From Symbiobacteriaceae bacterium (lineage in GTDB: Bacteria; Bacillota; Sulfobacillia; Symbiobacteriales; Symbiobacteriaceae), in contig JAWLHU010000008.1 of NCBI GenBank assembly GCA_041690255.1, positions 255,271-319,270 of the forward strand: a stretch of 64,000 bases of DNA, written 5' to 3'. The position numbers and the translations under genes are program-made. Below, piece by piece: positions 16,301-23,731 of the stretch. The notes under the pieces were generated by a model that saw nothing but the letters and a program-made list of their open reading frames with translations, was not told the origin of the DNA and did not search any database. Within the stretch, counting starts at the first letter, position 1, and each line of letters begins with the position of its first letter.

Positions 16301-18614
16301 GACCGGAATCCGCAACGATGATGCGGTACACGTGTCCTACACCACCACGGCAAGCCCAGGCAGTCCTGTTGGGAGCTACTCGGTAACCGGCGCGCTGAGC
16401 GGCGACGCGCTCGGCAACTACGATGTCACCTATCAGCATGGAACCCTCCAGGTGACGCCGGCGCCGCTCTCTGCCACCGCAGATGACACTACCCGGCGAT
16501 ACGGTGATGCGAACCCGGCTTTCAGCGGCAACCTGTTGGGCCTCAAGAACGACGACCCGATCACCCCGGTTTACGCCACCACGGCAGACGCCCTATCCCC
16601 CGTGGGCGACTACCCGATCACCGTCACCCTCGACGATCCGAGTGGAGCCCTGGCCAACTATACGCCGACCCTGGGTGCGGGTAGCCTGACGATCGACCCG
16701 GCTCCGTTGGAGGTTACCCCCGCAGACATGACCCGGCTTTTCGGGCAAGAGAACCCGGTCCTTACAGGCACCATAACGGGGCTGAAGAATGGCGATCGGA
16801 TCACCCCGGTATACAGCACGATCGCTGAGAGCAGCAGCGCTGCCGGGAGCTACCCGATCACGGTCACCCTGGAGGACCCTGATCTCCGGCTCCCAAACTA
16901 TGCGGTGACCCTGAACCAGGGCACACTTACGGTCAGCCGTGGCGAGGTCGTGATCAGAGCGACCAGCCAGTCCAAGACGTATGGCAGCCCCAACCCGCCC
17001 TTGACAGGAACCGTGACAGGGATGCTCCCCTCCGCCCCCTTCACCGTTTCTTATGTCACCGGTGCATCCAGCGGCAGTTCGGTCGGCACCTATAAGATCA
17101 CCCCGGTGGTGAGCGGTGACGTCTCCGGGTACAACCTGACGGTGCAGTCTGGCACCCTGACAATCCATCCGGCTCGGGTCTACGTGACCGCTGACGACAA
17201 GACCAAGGTCTATGGCGACCAGGATCCGGCCTTCACCGTAACCTACAGCGGCTTCCGGGCGGGCGATACAGCGACCGCTCTCTCGGGCAGCCTCGCCTGC
17301 ACAACGGGATCAGGCTCCCTCACCAGGTACCAGATCGTCTGCTCCGGTCTCCAGGCTCATGACTACTCGATCACCTATCTCCCGGGTACTCTGACCGTCC
17401 TGCCCCGGCCCACCAGCACGGAGGTTCAGGGGACGACGGTCCCCTACGGCGCCAAAGAAGCGCGGGTCAGCGTATCGGTCTCCGCCAGCGGGCTGGTACC
17501 AGAGTCAGGCAACGTGACCTTCTGGCTGCAGGGGGTGGGGGCCGTGGAGCGCCTTCATCATGGTAGTGTTTCCTCGGCTCTGGATGTGAGTAGCCTCCTT
17601 CCCGGTACCTATACCATTCGGGTGGCCTACGACGGGGATGGGATGTTCGCTGACAGCTACGGCACAGGGACGCTGACGATTCCGGCTCCGAGCCTTCGCC
17701 TGGCGGCACAGGCCCCCGAGGTGGTCGAGTCGGGCCAGGCGATCTTGCTCCGTGCACGGGTCAGTCCCATGCTGCCGGCGCTGGCGGATTCGACCGTCCA
17801 GTTTGAGGTGAACGGTCAGAGCGTGGGTTCCGCTCAGGTGGATGAAACAGGCTCCGCCAATCTGACTGGCGTAGTGGTAGACCTCCCGGAGGGAGCGTAT
17901 ACCGTGACTGCCGTGCTGACCCCATCTCACTCTTCCTTCACGGGAGCCAGAGGAGCGACCTCGCTCAGGGTTGTCAGGCCGCTCCTGGAGCAGGGTGGCG
18001 ACATGAGCTCGCGCGAGATTCTTGACCAGGTGATGCAGACCACACCGCCCGCGCAGATCGAGCAACTGCTCCTGAGCAAGGTCGAGTCCAACCAGGCCAC
18101 CCCAGGTGACCTGGACCTCCTGGCCGAGGTTCAGGCCCGGCTCGGCAAGGTGAATGAGGCGCTCCAGACCATGCAGACCCGCCTGCAGGCGGATCCGACT
18201 GACCTGGATGCGTACAGACGCTATATAGAACTGGAAGAACAGACGGGTGAACATCGGCCGCTGGATGTCTTCGTCAACGGCCAGAAACTGGCGTTCGATA
18301 TTCGCCCAGTGGTACAGGAAGGGCGCACACTGGTTCCGATCCGTGCCCTCTCGGAGGCGCTGGGTGCCGCTGTCGCGTGGGATGGTGACACACGCAAGGT
18401 GACGATCACCCGCAACGGTCTAACGGTTGAGTTAGTCCTGGGAAGTAATGTGGCCCTGGTCAACGGCCAGGAGGTGACCCTCGACGTGCCGGCCGATGCG
18501 CCCGATGGCCGGACCCTGGTACCGATCCGATTCGTCAGTGAGACGTTCGGCCTGGATGTGGAGTGGTTGCCGGAGCAGGAGATCATCGTCGTGATTGAGA
18601 AGGGTGACCAATGA
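13356..18614 (+). CDS. Giant secreted surface protein (1752 aa): unknown N-domain, cadherin-like beta-sandwich, Ig-like domains, 12 tandem MBG domains, C-terminal copper-amine-oxidase-N-like stalk domain
   Basis: Signal peptide ...LALAPQTAMASA. ISTLSNLVAEGRLLSPAFSPGQLSYTIDV is cadherin-like. Repeated ..YG..NP.FTG...G..NGD.......T.A...S.VG.YPIT..L......L.NY.V....GTLT block. C-terminus VFVNGQKLAFDIRPVVQEGRTLVPIRALSEALGAAVAWD...GRTLVPIRFVSETFG. Confidence 0.9.
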   Translation: MINHPRTQSGPIALICFLLAFVLALAPQTAMASAVLDQSNEGVLTGTAGAAADMIMAQTFTPAMSGALTRVQVSANLFIYGTPGPGDLTVEIRTTSGGLPTGTVLGTATFPQANVPTGSNDYVWADFNFTNLMVTAGTPYAIVLRSPNPSSTGKGYYQLAYMGGNPYTNGRGLSYNLGSWSSLVNDEANAEEDLLFRTYVDVDGGPKSEISTLSNLVAEGRLLSPAFSPGQLSYTIDVGASDPLIRFMPTTTDPNAVIRMTGGQHNNIPIGSGSWTPYITLNPGPTTITFTVTAEDAIHTTTYTVVVRRMPSLTLSLSPSSIGYKDSTTVTARLTTDGSAAMTGKTISFSVNGQPIGSATTDAGGYASLTYVAVQSGSPSVQASFAGDADYSATTAVASLQVSKPVLTVTTNPASRIYGEANPTFTGSVSGLLEGDSVTFAYETTATAASPVGQYNITATPSGDDQSNYTIEYNLGKLTIEPATLTVTANDATRAYGAADPSFAGSIDGTKNEDAITATYATTAVNSSPVGTYPITANLSDPGGKLGNYTVFNTSGTLTITKASLAVTPEDLQRVYGSSNPTLSAQFTGLRTGDTVSAELTTAADTGSLVGTYPITVLSLDDPDMRLSNYTITQNQGTLTVTPAPLAVSVDNQSRLYGAPNPALTGTLTGLVNGDSITASYNTTATETSGVGAYTITATLSDPDAKLGNYQVTNTPGTLQINPAPVTILVDDASREYGSPDPSFTGSITGALNGDALSATYTTTATAASAVGSYPITATLSGPAAGNYTAAVDDGSLLITAAHLTVTPADARRFYGDPNPTFTGSMTGVKNGDAITPTYATDATETSAIGPYTIAATVDGAALSNYTVSYNTGVLTVDPAPLTIAPNDASRPYGDANPTFTGSLLGVKNSDIFAVEFSTTATETSPAGPYPIAASLSGPALDNYTVNAPTGTLTITAAPLTLAVEDATRAYGDANPAFTSTLTGIRNDDAVHVSYTTTASPGSPVGSYSVTGALSGDALGNYDVTYQHGTLQVTPAPLSATADDTTRRYGDANPAFSGNLLGLKNDDPITPVYATTADALSPVGDYPITVTLDDPSGALANYTPTLGAGSLTIDPAPLEVTPADMTRLFGQENPVLTGTITGLKNGDRITPVYSTIAESSSAAGSYPITVTLEDPDLRLPNYAVTLNQGTLTVSRGEVVIRATSQSKTYGSPNPPLTGTVTGMLPSAPFTVSYVTGASSGSSVGTYKITPVVSGDVSGYNLTVQSGTLTIHPARVYVTADDKTKVYGDQDPAFTVTYSGFRAGDTATALSGSLACTTGSGSLTRYQIVCSGLQAHDYSITYLPGTLTVLPRPTSTEVQGTTVPYGAKEARVSVSVSASGLVPESGNVTFWLQGVGAVERLHHGSVSSALDVSSLLPGTYTIRVAYDGDGMFADSYGTGTLTIPAPSLRLAAQAPEVVESGQAILLRARVSPMLPALADSTVQFEVNGQSVGSAQVDETGSANLTGVVVDLPEGAYTVTAVLTPSHSSFTGARGATSLRVVRPLLEQGGDMSSREILDQVMQTTPPAQIEQLLLSKVESNQATPGDLDLLAEVQARLGKVNEALQTMQTRLQADPTDLDAYRRYIELEEQTGEHRPLDVFVNGQKLAFDIRPVVQEGRTLVPIRALSEALGAAVAWDGDTRKVTITRNGLTVELVLGSNVALVNGQEVTLDVPADAPDGRTLVPIRFVSETFGLDVEWLPEQEIIVVIEKGDQ
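14571..17410 (+). repeat. 12 tandem ~237-bp (~79-aa) coding repeats (MBG domains)
   Basis: 12 consecutive units counted by eye, each with the R.YG..(N/D)P.(F/L)(T/S) ... GTLT(I/V) frame. They are diverged at the nucleotide level. Confidence 0.85.
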
Positions 18615-18618
18615 GAAG

Positions 18619-18650
18619 AGGCGGCTGGAGATCAACTCCGGCCGCCTTTT
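18619..18650 (+). terminator. Intrinsic terminator of the giant gene
   Basis: AGGCGGCTGGAG (18619-18630), loop ATCAA, CTCCGGCCGCCT (18636-18647), then TTTT. Confidence 0.6.
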
Positions 18651-18653
18651 CCT

Positions 18654-19094
18654 CTACCTGTTCGCCTGTGATGGCTGTTTGGCCTTCCACTCCTGCCAGC
18701 GCTTCAGCATCTGGTCGGCCTGCTCCTGGGTCATGCGGCCGGACTTGACCGCCGCGTCGAGCTTGGCCTTCACCTCGGCCTCGGTGGCACCCTTCAGGTC
18801 GTGGTGCCACTTGCCGCCATGTTTGAAGTGCTTCATGTTCTCCTTCAGCCGGGTGGCCTCATCTGCCGTGATCTTGCCATCGGCGGCGGCCTTGTCGATC
18901 TTTGCCTCGATTTCCGCCCGCAACTGCTCCATGCGGGAGTGGCGCAGGCTGCGAATCTCAGTCATCAACTGCTGGGCGCCCTGTGAGGCCTTGGGACCCG
19001 CAACATCTCCACCGGCTGCAAAGGCGACACCGGTGGCGAGCGCTGCTGCAAGGATAGCGGTCCCCATCGATGTCATCCAATTGGATCGGCGCAT
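18654..19094 (-). CDS. Secreted helical Lys/Glu/His-rich protein (possibly YckD/DUF2680-like)
   Basis: GAGGAGGTGA upstream. Signal peptide MRRSNWMTSMGTAILAAALATGVAFAAG. Family assignment is only a weak impression. Confidence 0.55.
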   Translation of the reverse strand: MRRSNWMTSMGTAILAAALATGVAFAAGGDVAGPKASQGAQQLMTEIRSLRHSRMEQLRAEIEAKIDKAAADGKITADEATRLKENMKHFKHGGKWHHDLKGATEAEVKAKLDAAVKSGRMTQEQADQMLKRWQEWKAKQPSQANR

Positions 19095-19131
19095 TGCTTC
19101 ACCTCCTCATCCACAGGATGCCCCGCGGAGA

Positions 19132-20931
19132 CTAGGCGTAGCACTCCTCCAACTCGGCTACCAGGCGGCCAAAGAGGGCGACCGCCGAGCGGATCGGGTC
19201 GGGTGTGGACATGTCAAGGCCAGCCAGCTTATAGAGCTCAAGCGGGTGCATGGTGGAGCCCGCCTTGAGCGTCGCAATCCAGCGGTCGACCACCGGCTGC
19301 CCCTCCTGCCGGATCGCCTCGCCCACGGCGCAGCCCGCCGAGAGGCCGGCGGCGTAGACCAGCGGGTAGAAGCCCATGTAGAAGTGCGGTACCATCGTCC
19401 AGGTCAGCTCCGCGCCCTCGTCGATCACCACGGAGTCGCCGAAGAAGGCGCGCATCGCCTCACCCTGCTGGGTCATGACCACCTTGAGCGTGACCGGCTT
19501 GCCGGCCTCGGCCAGGGCGAAGAGGCGGCGCTCCAGCTCGGCCTCCAGCAGGTGGGTCACCATGTTGTGCATGAAGGTGCCAAGGAAGGCCTCGATCAGG
19601 TAGCGGCGCCGGCGGATCTCCTGGGTCCGCTCCAGTAGGTAGCCGCCGAGCAGGGCCTCATTCGCTGTGGATGGCGCTTCCAGAAAGAACCGTCCGATGT
19701 TGGTCAGACCGCTGTTCGTGAAGTTCTGGTTCTGGGCGGAGAGAAAGCGATGGCCGGAGTGGCCCAACTCGTGGGCCAGGGTGAAGACGTCGCGGGCCTT
19801 TTCCTGGAAGGTCATCATGACGACCGGATGCCAGCCGTAGAAACCGGAGTTGAAGGCGCCGTGCTGCTTCCCCTCGTTGTCGGCCCGGTCGACCCAACGC
19901 TCGCTGAAGGCCCTGTCCAGCATGGCCTGGTACTCGGGGCCGAGGACCGCCAGCCCCTCCTTGACCAGCCGGGTCGCCTCCTCCCAGGTCATGGAGGCAT
20001 CGAAGGTGGGGTCGAGGGGGGCGGTCATGTCGTAGCGGCGCATCTCGCTGAGGCCGAGGACCCGCTGGCGGAGGCGCATGTAGCGCTGCACGTGGGGGGC
20101 CGCCTCGGTCAGGATCGTGTCGAGGACGTTGTTGTAGACGGTGACCGGCACCTGCTGCGAGTCGAGGGCGGCCTCCAGGGCGGAGGAGTAGCCGCGCAAC
20201 TTGGCCATGGTGATCGCCTTGTTGATATAGCTGGAGAGCGCCGTGGCGAGGCCGGCCTTGTGCCGATCCAGCCCGGCGTTCAGCGATTCGTAGGCCCGGG
20301 CTCGGACGGCCCGGTCGGTAGAGCCGGCCAGGCGGCTGTAGCGGGCGATCGACATGCTGATCGGCTCGCCGTCGGTCCCCTCGACCGGCGGGAACTTCAT
20401 GTCGGCGCTGGTAATGGAGGAGTAGATCGTGTGGGGCGCATCCAGCGCCTGGCCGAGGGCAGCCAGCGCCGCCTCGGTCTCGGGCGAGAGCATGTGAGCC
20501 CGGGTCCGGCGGAGGGTGGCGAGGTGGGTCTGGTACTCGACGAGGCCGGGTTCGGCGGTCAGGAGGGCATCCCAGGTGGCATCATCCATCGTCTGGATCT
20601 CGGAGGGGATGAAGCTGATTGCGGCATCCACCTTGGCGTTCAGGGACCGGGCCTTGGCCGCCATGGCCTGGCAGTCGGGGGAGAGGCCGTCGACGGCCAG
20701 GTTGTTGGAGGCGTAGCGGGCGACCTTGAGGAGCCGCTCGCTCAGGGCGTCCCGCTCCTTGAGGCAGGCGAGCAGTTCGGTCCGGAGCTTCCCCTTGTAG
20801 CGGGTCATGGCCCGGGCTTCCGCCTCAACTCTGGCGAGATCAGCCTCCCAGTGGGCGGTGGTGGGGTAGAGGGGCGTGAGGTCCCAGGTCTGTTCAACGG
20901 GCACCTGGTTCCGGGTAAGGCGGCTGGACAT
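19132..20931 (-). CDS. pepF: Oligoendopeptidase F (M3B family)
   Basis: 599 aa. HELGHSGH zinc motif within TLAHELGHSGHRFLS. Typical PepF N-terminus WDLTPLY. Confidence 0.9.
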   Translation of the reverse strand: MSSRLTRNQVPVEQTWDLTPLYPTTAHWEADLARVEAEARAMTRYKGKLRTELLACLKERDALSERLLKVARYASNNLAVDGLSPDCQAMAAKARSLNAKVDAAISFIPSEIQTMDDATWDALLTAEPGLVEYQTHLATLRRTRAHMLSPETEAALAALGQALDAPHTIYSSITSADMKFPPVEGTDGEPISMSIARYSRLAGSTDRAVRARAYESLNAGLDRHKAGLATALSSYINKAITMAKLRGYSSALEAALDSQQVPVTVYNNVLDTILTEAAPHVQRYMRLRQRVLGLSEMRRYDMTAPLDPTFDASMTWEEATRLVKEGLAVLGPEYQAMLDRAFSERWVDRADNEGKQHGAFNSGFYGWHPVVMMTFQEKARDVFTLAHELGHSGHRFLSAQNQNFTNSGLTNIGRFFLEAPSTANEALLGGYLLERTQEIRRRRYLIEAFLGTFMHNMVTHLLEAELERRLFALAEAGKPVTLKVVMTQQGEAMRAFFGDSVVIDEGAELTWTMVPHFYMGFYPLVYAAGLSAGCAVGEAIRQEGQPVVDRWIATLKAGSTMHPLELYKLAGLDMSTPDPIRSAVALFGRLVAELEECYA

Positions 20932-21059
20932 GCGGGATCCCCCTTGCGGTTGGTTTATGGCACTAACTATTTCGGGTGGGATGGGGTTGGTCCTGCATAG
21001 GCAGGTGTATTTTGCAGTTTGTTGAATCTAGCGAAACGGGGGTGTTGCTTGTGGGGGAG

Positions 21060-21470
21060 ATGAAGCCGGGGGAGCGGGTATGGATGGCCATCGCCCCGGC
21101 AATCGGTATCATTTTGACCAGCCTCCTTTTCGACCGCCCGTGGTTGCAGAGTCTCGCGTTGACCGTGGCAACGAGCCTGGCGCTCTATGCCCTCTACCCC
21201 TGGATTGAACGGAGCCGATACCGCCGGGTAGGCCGCGCCGTCATTATTGGGGGGATCATGTTCCTCACTGCCTGGTGGGCACGGGGCGATATGCCATGGA
21301 TTCGCGGGGTCCTGTGGTTCATCGTCGGTTTGTTTATCAGCGGCGATGATTCCAAGCTGGCCTTCGCCCGGCCCAGTGGCGGCGGACGCTACAGCCAGCC
21401 GGTCTGGTCGCCCGACGGGGATTCTCTCGCGGAGCGACGAGCCTGGACTGGCACCCCACGGGAAGGTTGA
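21060..21470 (+). CDS. Small 4-TM membrane protein ending in a single PD40-like (WSPDG) motif; possibly truncated
   Basis: ATG 21060. Hydrophobic segments WMAIAPAIGIILTSLLF, LALTVATSLALYALY, IIGGIMFLTAWW, VLWFIVGLFI; then SQPVWSPDGDSLA. Confidence 0.4.
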   Translation: MKPGERVWMAIAPAIGIILTSLLFDRPWLQSLALTVATSLALYALYPWIERSRYRRVGRAVIIGGIMFLTAWWARGDMPWIRGVLWFIVGLFISGDDSKLAFARPSGGGRYSQPVWSPDGDSLAERRAWTGTPREG

Positions 21471-21895
21471 TCGCCCACGCCACTCCCGATGGGCCGGGCG
21501 GGAACGATCTTCGGGTGGTCGAGCTGCGATCGGACTGGGCGAAGCGGTACCGTCAAAAGGCGGCGCCTCGCCCGGAGATGGGTGAACGCTGAACGGCGAT
21601 CTCGCGCCATTTCTTAACGGCCCAATCCGCTTTCTCGTAAAGAAATGGTTCGAGCATCTTCCCGGGAGGGTCGGATCACCCGGTTCTGCCCATTCAGTTG
21701 GCAGAATACGGCCTCTGTTGGCCTGGCCGTGGGCGGTACCGGCCATCTCATTCCCTTTTTTATCGGCGGGGCCGGGATAGACCATAAAAAAATGGCATGA
21801 AGTCAGAAGGCGGGCCCGGTGGCTACATAGACCATCGGGTTCGTCGCTCTTTTTGGCCGTATTGTGTACCTGCTGTGACTACATCGTTAGAAGTA

Positions 21896-21925
21896 TTGAC
21901 CAATACCCTACCCCGTACAGATAAT
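21896..21925 (+). promoter_or_regulatory. Sigma-A-type promoter TTGACC-18-GATAAT
   Basis: TTGACC at 21896-21901, GATAAT at 21920-25. SD GGGAGGAGGA precedes ATG 21948. Confidence 0.45.
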
Positions 21926-21947
21926 AAGGCGGGAGGAGGATTGAAGA

Positions 21948-22586
21948 ATGGGTAAGTTTAAGGCGAACCTTCGCATGTACGGGGACTTCTTCGCCGGATG
22001 GTGGAAGTACCGTGATCGGATCAAGAGGAACCGGAACTGGGTGGAGAAGTACGCAGAGGCCAAGGGGCTGCGGGTGAATCCCCACAAGATGTTCTACACC
22101 AACCTGATGATCTGGATCGAGGAGAATCGGGACATGTACGGGCGGCAGCACTGCCCCTGCTTCGAGCCCTCCGGCGATCCCGCCCTGGACAAGAAGCTCC
22201 ACTGCCCTTGCGCCTTCGTCATGGACGATATCGCCACGAAGGGGACCTGCCACTGCACCCTCTTCGGCCGTGGCGACATGACCGATGAGGAGTTTGAGCA
22301 GGCGGAAGCCCGGCTCACACGGGAGTACCGACCCAAGCTGAACCTGACGGGCAACCTGCTCGACACCAGGGGCCAGCCGAAGGATGAGCACCGCGGCCTG
22401 GACGTGCCGGACGCCGTGCACCAGGTGAAGCAGGGACTCAACGCGGTGAGCGGTGACCTGGAGGTCCTGGTCGACCGGCAGGCCTCGGTCCAAAACCTGA
22501 AGCTACTCGCCGACTACAAGGGGCTTGGGTTCCAGAGCACCGAAGTCGAGTCCGGCCTCTACAGGGCGAAGTTTGTCCGCAGATAG
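21948..22586 (+). CDS. Ferredoxin:thioredoxin reductase catalytic-subunit-like protein fused to a Cys-less TusA-like domain
   Basis: CPCFEPSGDPALDKKLHCPCAFVMDDIATKGTCHCTLF gives the CPC..CPC..CHC pattern of FTR catalytic chains. C-terminus LDTRGQ...PDAVHQVKQGLNAVSGDLEVLVDRQASVQNLKLLADYKGLGF resembles TusA/SirA without the CP cysteine. Confidence 0.75.
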   Translation: MGKFKANLRMYGDFFAGWWKYRDRIKRNRNWVEKYAEAKGLRVNPHKMFYTNLMIWIEENRDMYGRQHCPCFEPSGDPALDKKLHCPCAFVMDDIATKGTCHCTLFGRGDMTDEEFEQAEARLTREYRPKLNLTGNLLDTRGQPKDEHRGLDVPDAVHQVKQGLNAVSGDLEVLVDRQASVQNLKLLADYKGLGFQSTEVESGLYRAKFVRR

Positions 22587-22590
22587 GAGA

Positions 22591-22627
22591 GAAGAGCCCG
22601 GTGGTCGTGCAGACCCCCGGGCTCTTC
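22591..22627. terminator. Bidirectional hairpin
   Basis: GAAGAGCCCGG (22591-22601) pairs with CCGGGCTCTTC (22617-22627). Confidence 0.55.
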
Positions 22628-22630
22628 GCT

Positions 22631-22921
22631 TTACGTAGGCGTCGGGTAGCCCTCTTCCCCATCGAAATCGAGATTCCGGTCGGTCACCTCATACTCGGTG
22701 GTGATCCCCTGCTGGATCCGGGCGGCCTGGCTGAAGTGCCCCTGGTTGCCTCCGACCCGCTGCACCGCTTGTGCCTGCTCGTGTACGGCGCGCTCGCCGG
22801 CGGACATCTCCATGAGCTGCGCCTGGGTCTCTGAGGCGGCGCCCTCCACCGTAGGCCGCTCCTTTTTCAGGTCAGCCATGGCCTGGTAGTTCGGCTGGAC
22901 CGGATTCTGCTCATTCGGCAT
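22631..22921 (-). CDS. Hypothetical small acidic/Gln-rich protein (96 aa)
   Basis: ATG 22921, 8 nt after GGAAGGGGG. MPNEQNPVQPNYQAMADLKKERP... No family recognised. Confidence 0.5.
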   Translation of the reverse strand: MPNEQNPVQPNYQAMADLKKERPTVEGAASETQAQLMEMSAGERAVHEQAQAVQRVGGNQGHFSQAARIQQGITTEYEVTDRNLDFDGEEGYPTPT

Positions 22922-23038
22922 GCTATCGCCCCCTTCCACCCGCTAGTCTGCCCAACCTGTCACGATCCGGCGGAGTTCTTATCGACAATCTCTTCGTATA
23001 TGTCAATCATCTTATATGTGACAGGTGGCGATAGGGGA

Positions 23039-23454
23039 ATGGGAGAGAGCCTGCTGCAGATCTACCAGGAACCGCTCTTCTGGTACTTCCCGGTTGCGTC
23101 AGCCCTGATCGGCCTGCTGGCGTTCAGCATCGTTGCGGCCCCGCTTACCTGGCTCGCCCACAGGCGCCCTGCCTGGGCGGAGAAGTATCGGATCCAGGAG
23201 CGGACGGGGCAGGGGGCACGGTGATCATCCCATCGGTAAAGTACTACCCTGTTGAATGGGGCGATCTTCTCGACCATCCTGACCCTCTCGTGAACCGGCT
23301 CTTCCCCTTCTACGAGGGAACCGCCTTCCATGACTATCATCACGCAAAGTTTACCGGGAACTATGCCGCCTTCTCGGCGCTATGAGACCGGGTCTTCGGG
23401 ACGCTCTCAGCCGGGTACCAGGAGTACCTGAACCGGCATCGGAAGGCCAGTTGA
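23039..23454 (+). pseudogene. Decayed fatty-acid hydroxylase/sterol-desaturase-family gene
   Basis: N-terminal piece ...WLAHRRPAWAEKYRIQE stops at 23224. The C-terminal piece is in another frame: FHDYHHAKFTGNYAAFSAL-TGA-DRVFGT, with TGA at 23383 where the family has W (WD.FGT). The His-box 1/2 region is absent. Confidence 0.7.
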
Positions 23455-23468
23455 ACAACCTTGCCCTG

Positions 23469-23682
23469 CCAGCAGCCATCTTCCGCCTGCCTTCCACCTA
23501 CCAGCGGCGAATACCAGACCCAGTAGCGGCCATCTTACATCTACCAGTAGCGCATGCCAAACCGACTAGCAACTGCCTTCCACCTACCAGCAGCTAATGA
23601 ACACCCAGTAGCAGCTACCTTACGCCTGCTGGCAGCGGATGACACACCTGGTAGCGGCTATCCCAAGCTCAGTAGCAGCCAT
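23469..23682. repeat. Degenerate non-coding tandem array: ~10 CCAG(T/C)AGC(R)GC cores at ~21-22-bp spacing, organised as ~85-bp higher-order units
   Basis: Cores near 23469, 23501, 23520, 23544, 23566, 23587, 23605, 23627 (inverted), 23648, 23669. CCTTCCACCTACCAGC occurs at both 23490 and 23575, and the following ~85 bp align. Confidence 0.6.
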
Positions 23683-23731
23683 ATAAGGGCGCCCCGGGGC
23701 CAATCTAGCCCCAGAGCGCCCCATCTTCCTG

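Noticed and set aside
14550-16439. 629-aa minus-strand ORF inside the giant gene
   Set aside because: It is antisense to the MBG repeats. Its own periodicity merely mirrors the sense repeats, and the composition is Arg/Gly-rich junk.
19750-21000. 416-aa plus-strand ORF
   Set aside because: It is antisense to pepF (HELGH-containing). The product is Gly/Val/Glu low-complexity.
20967-21785. 272-aa minus-strand ORF
   Set aside because: The product is Pro/Gly/Arg/Ala-rich and low-complexity. It overlaps the plus-strand membrane-protein ORF and has no motifs.
23383-23385. TGA as a recoded (Trp/Sec) codon in the fatty-acid hydroxylase gene
   Set aside because: The gene also has a frameshift at about 23222 and lacks the His-box 1/2 region, so simple decay explains the TGA. 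TGA is used as a normal stop by neighbouring genes.
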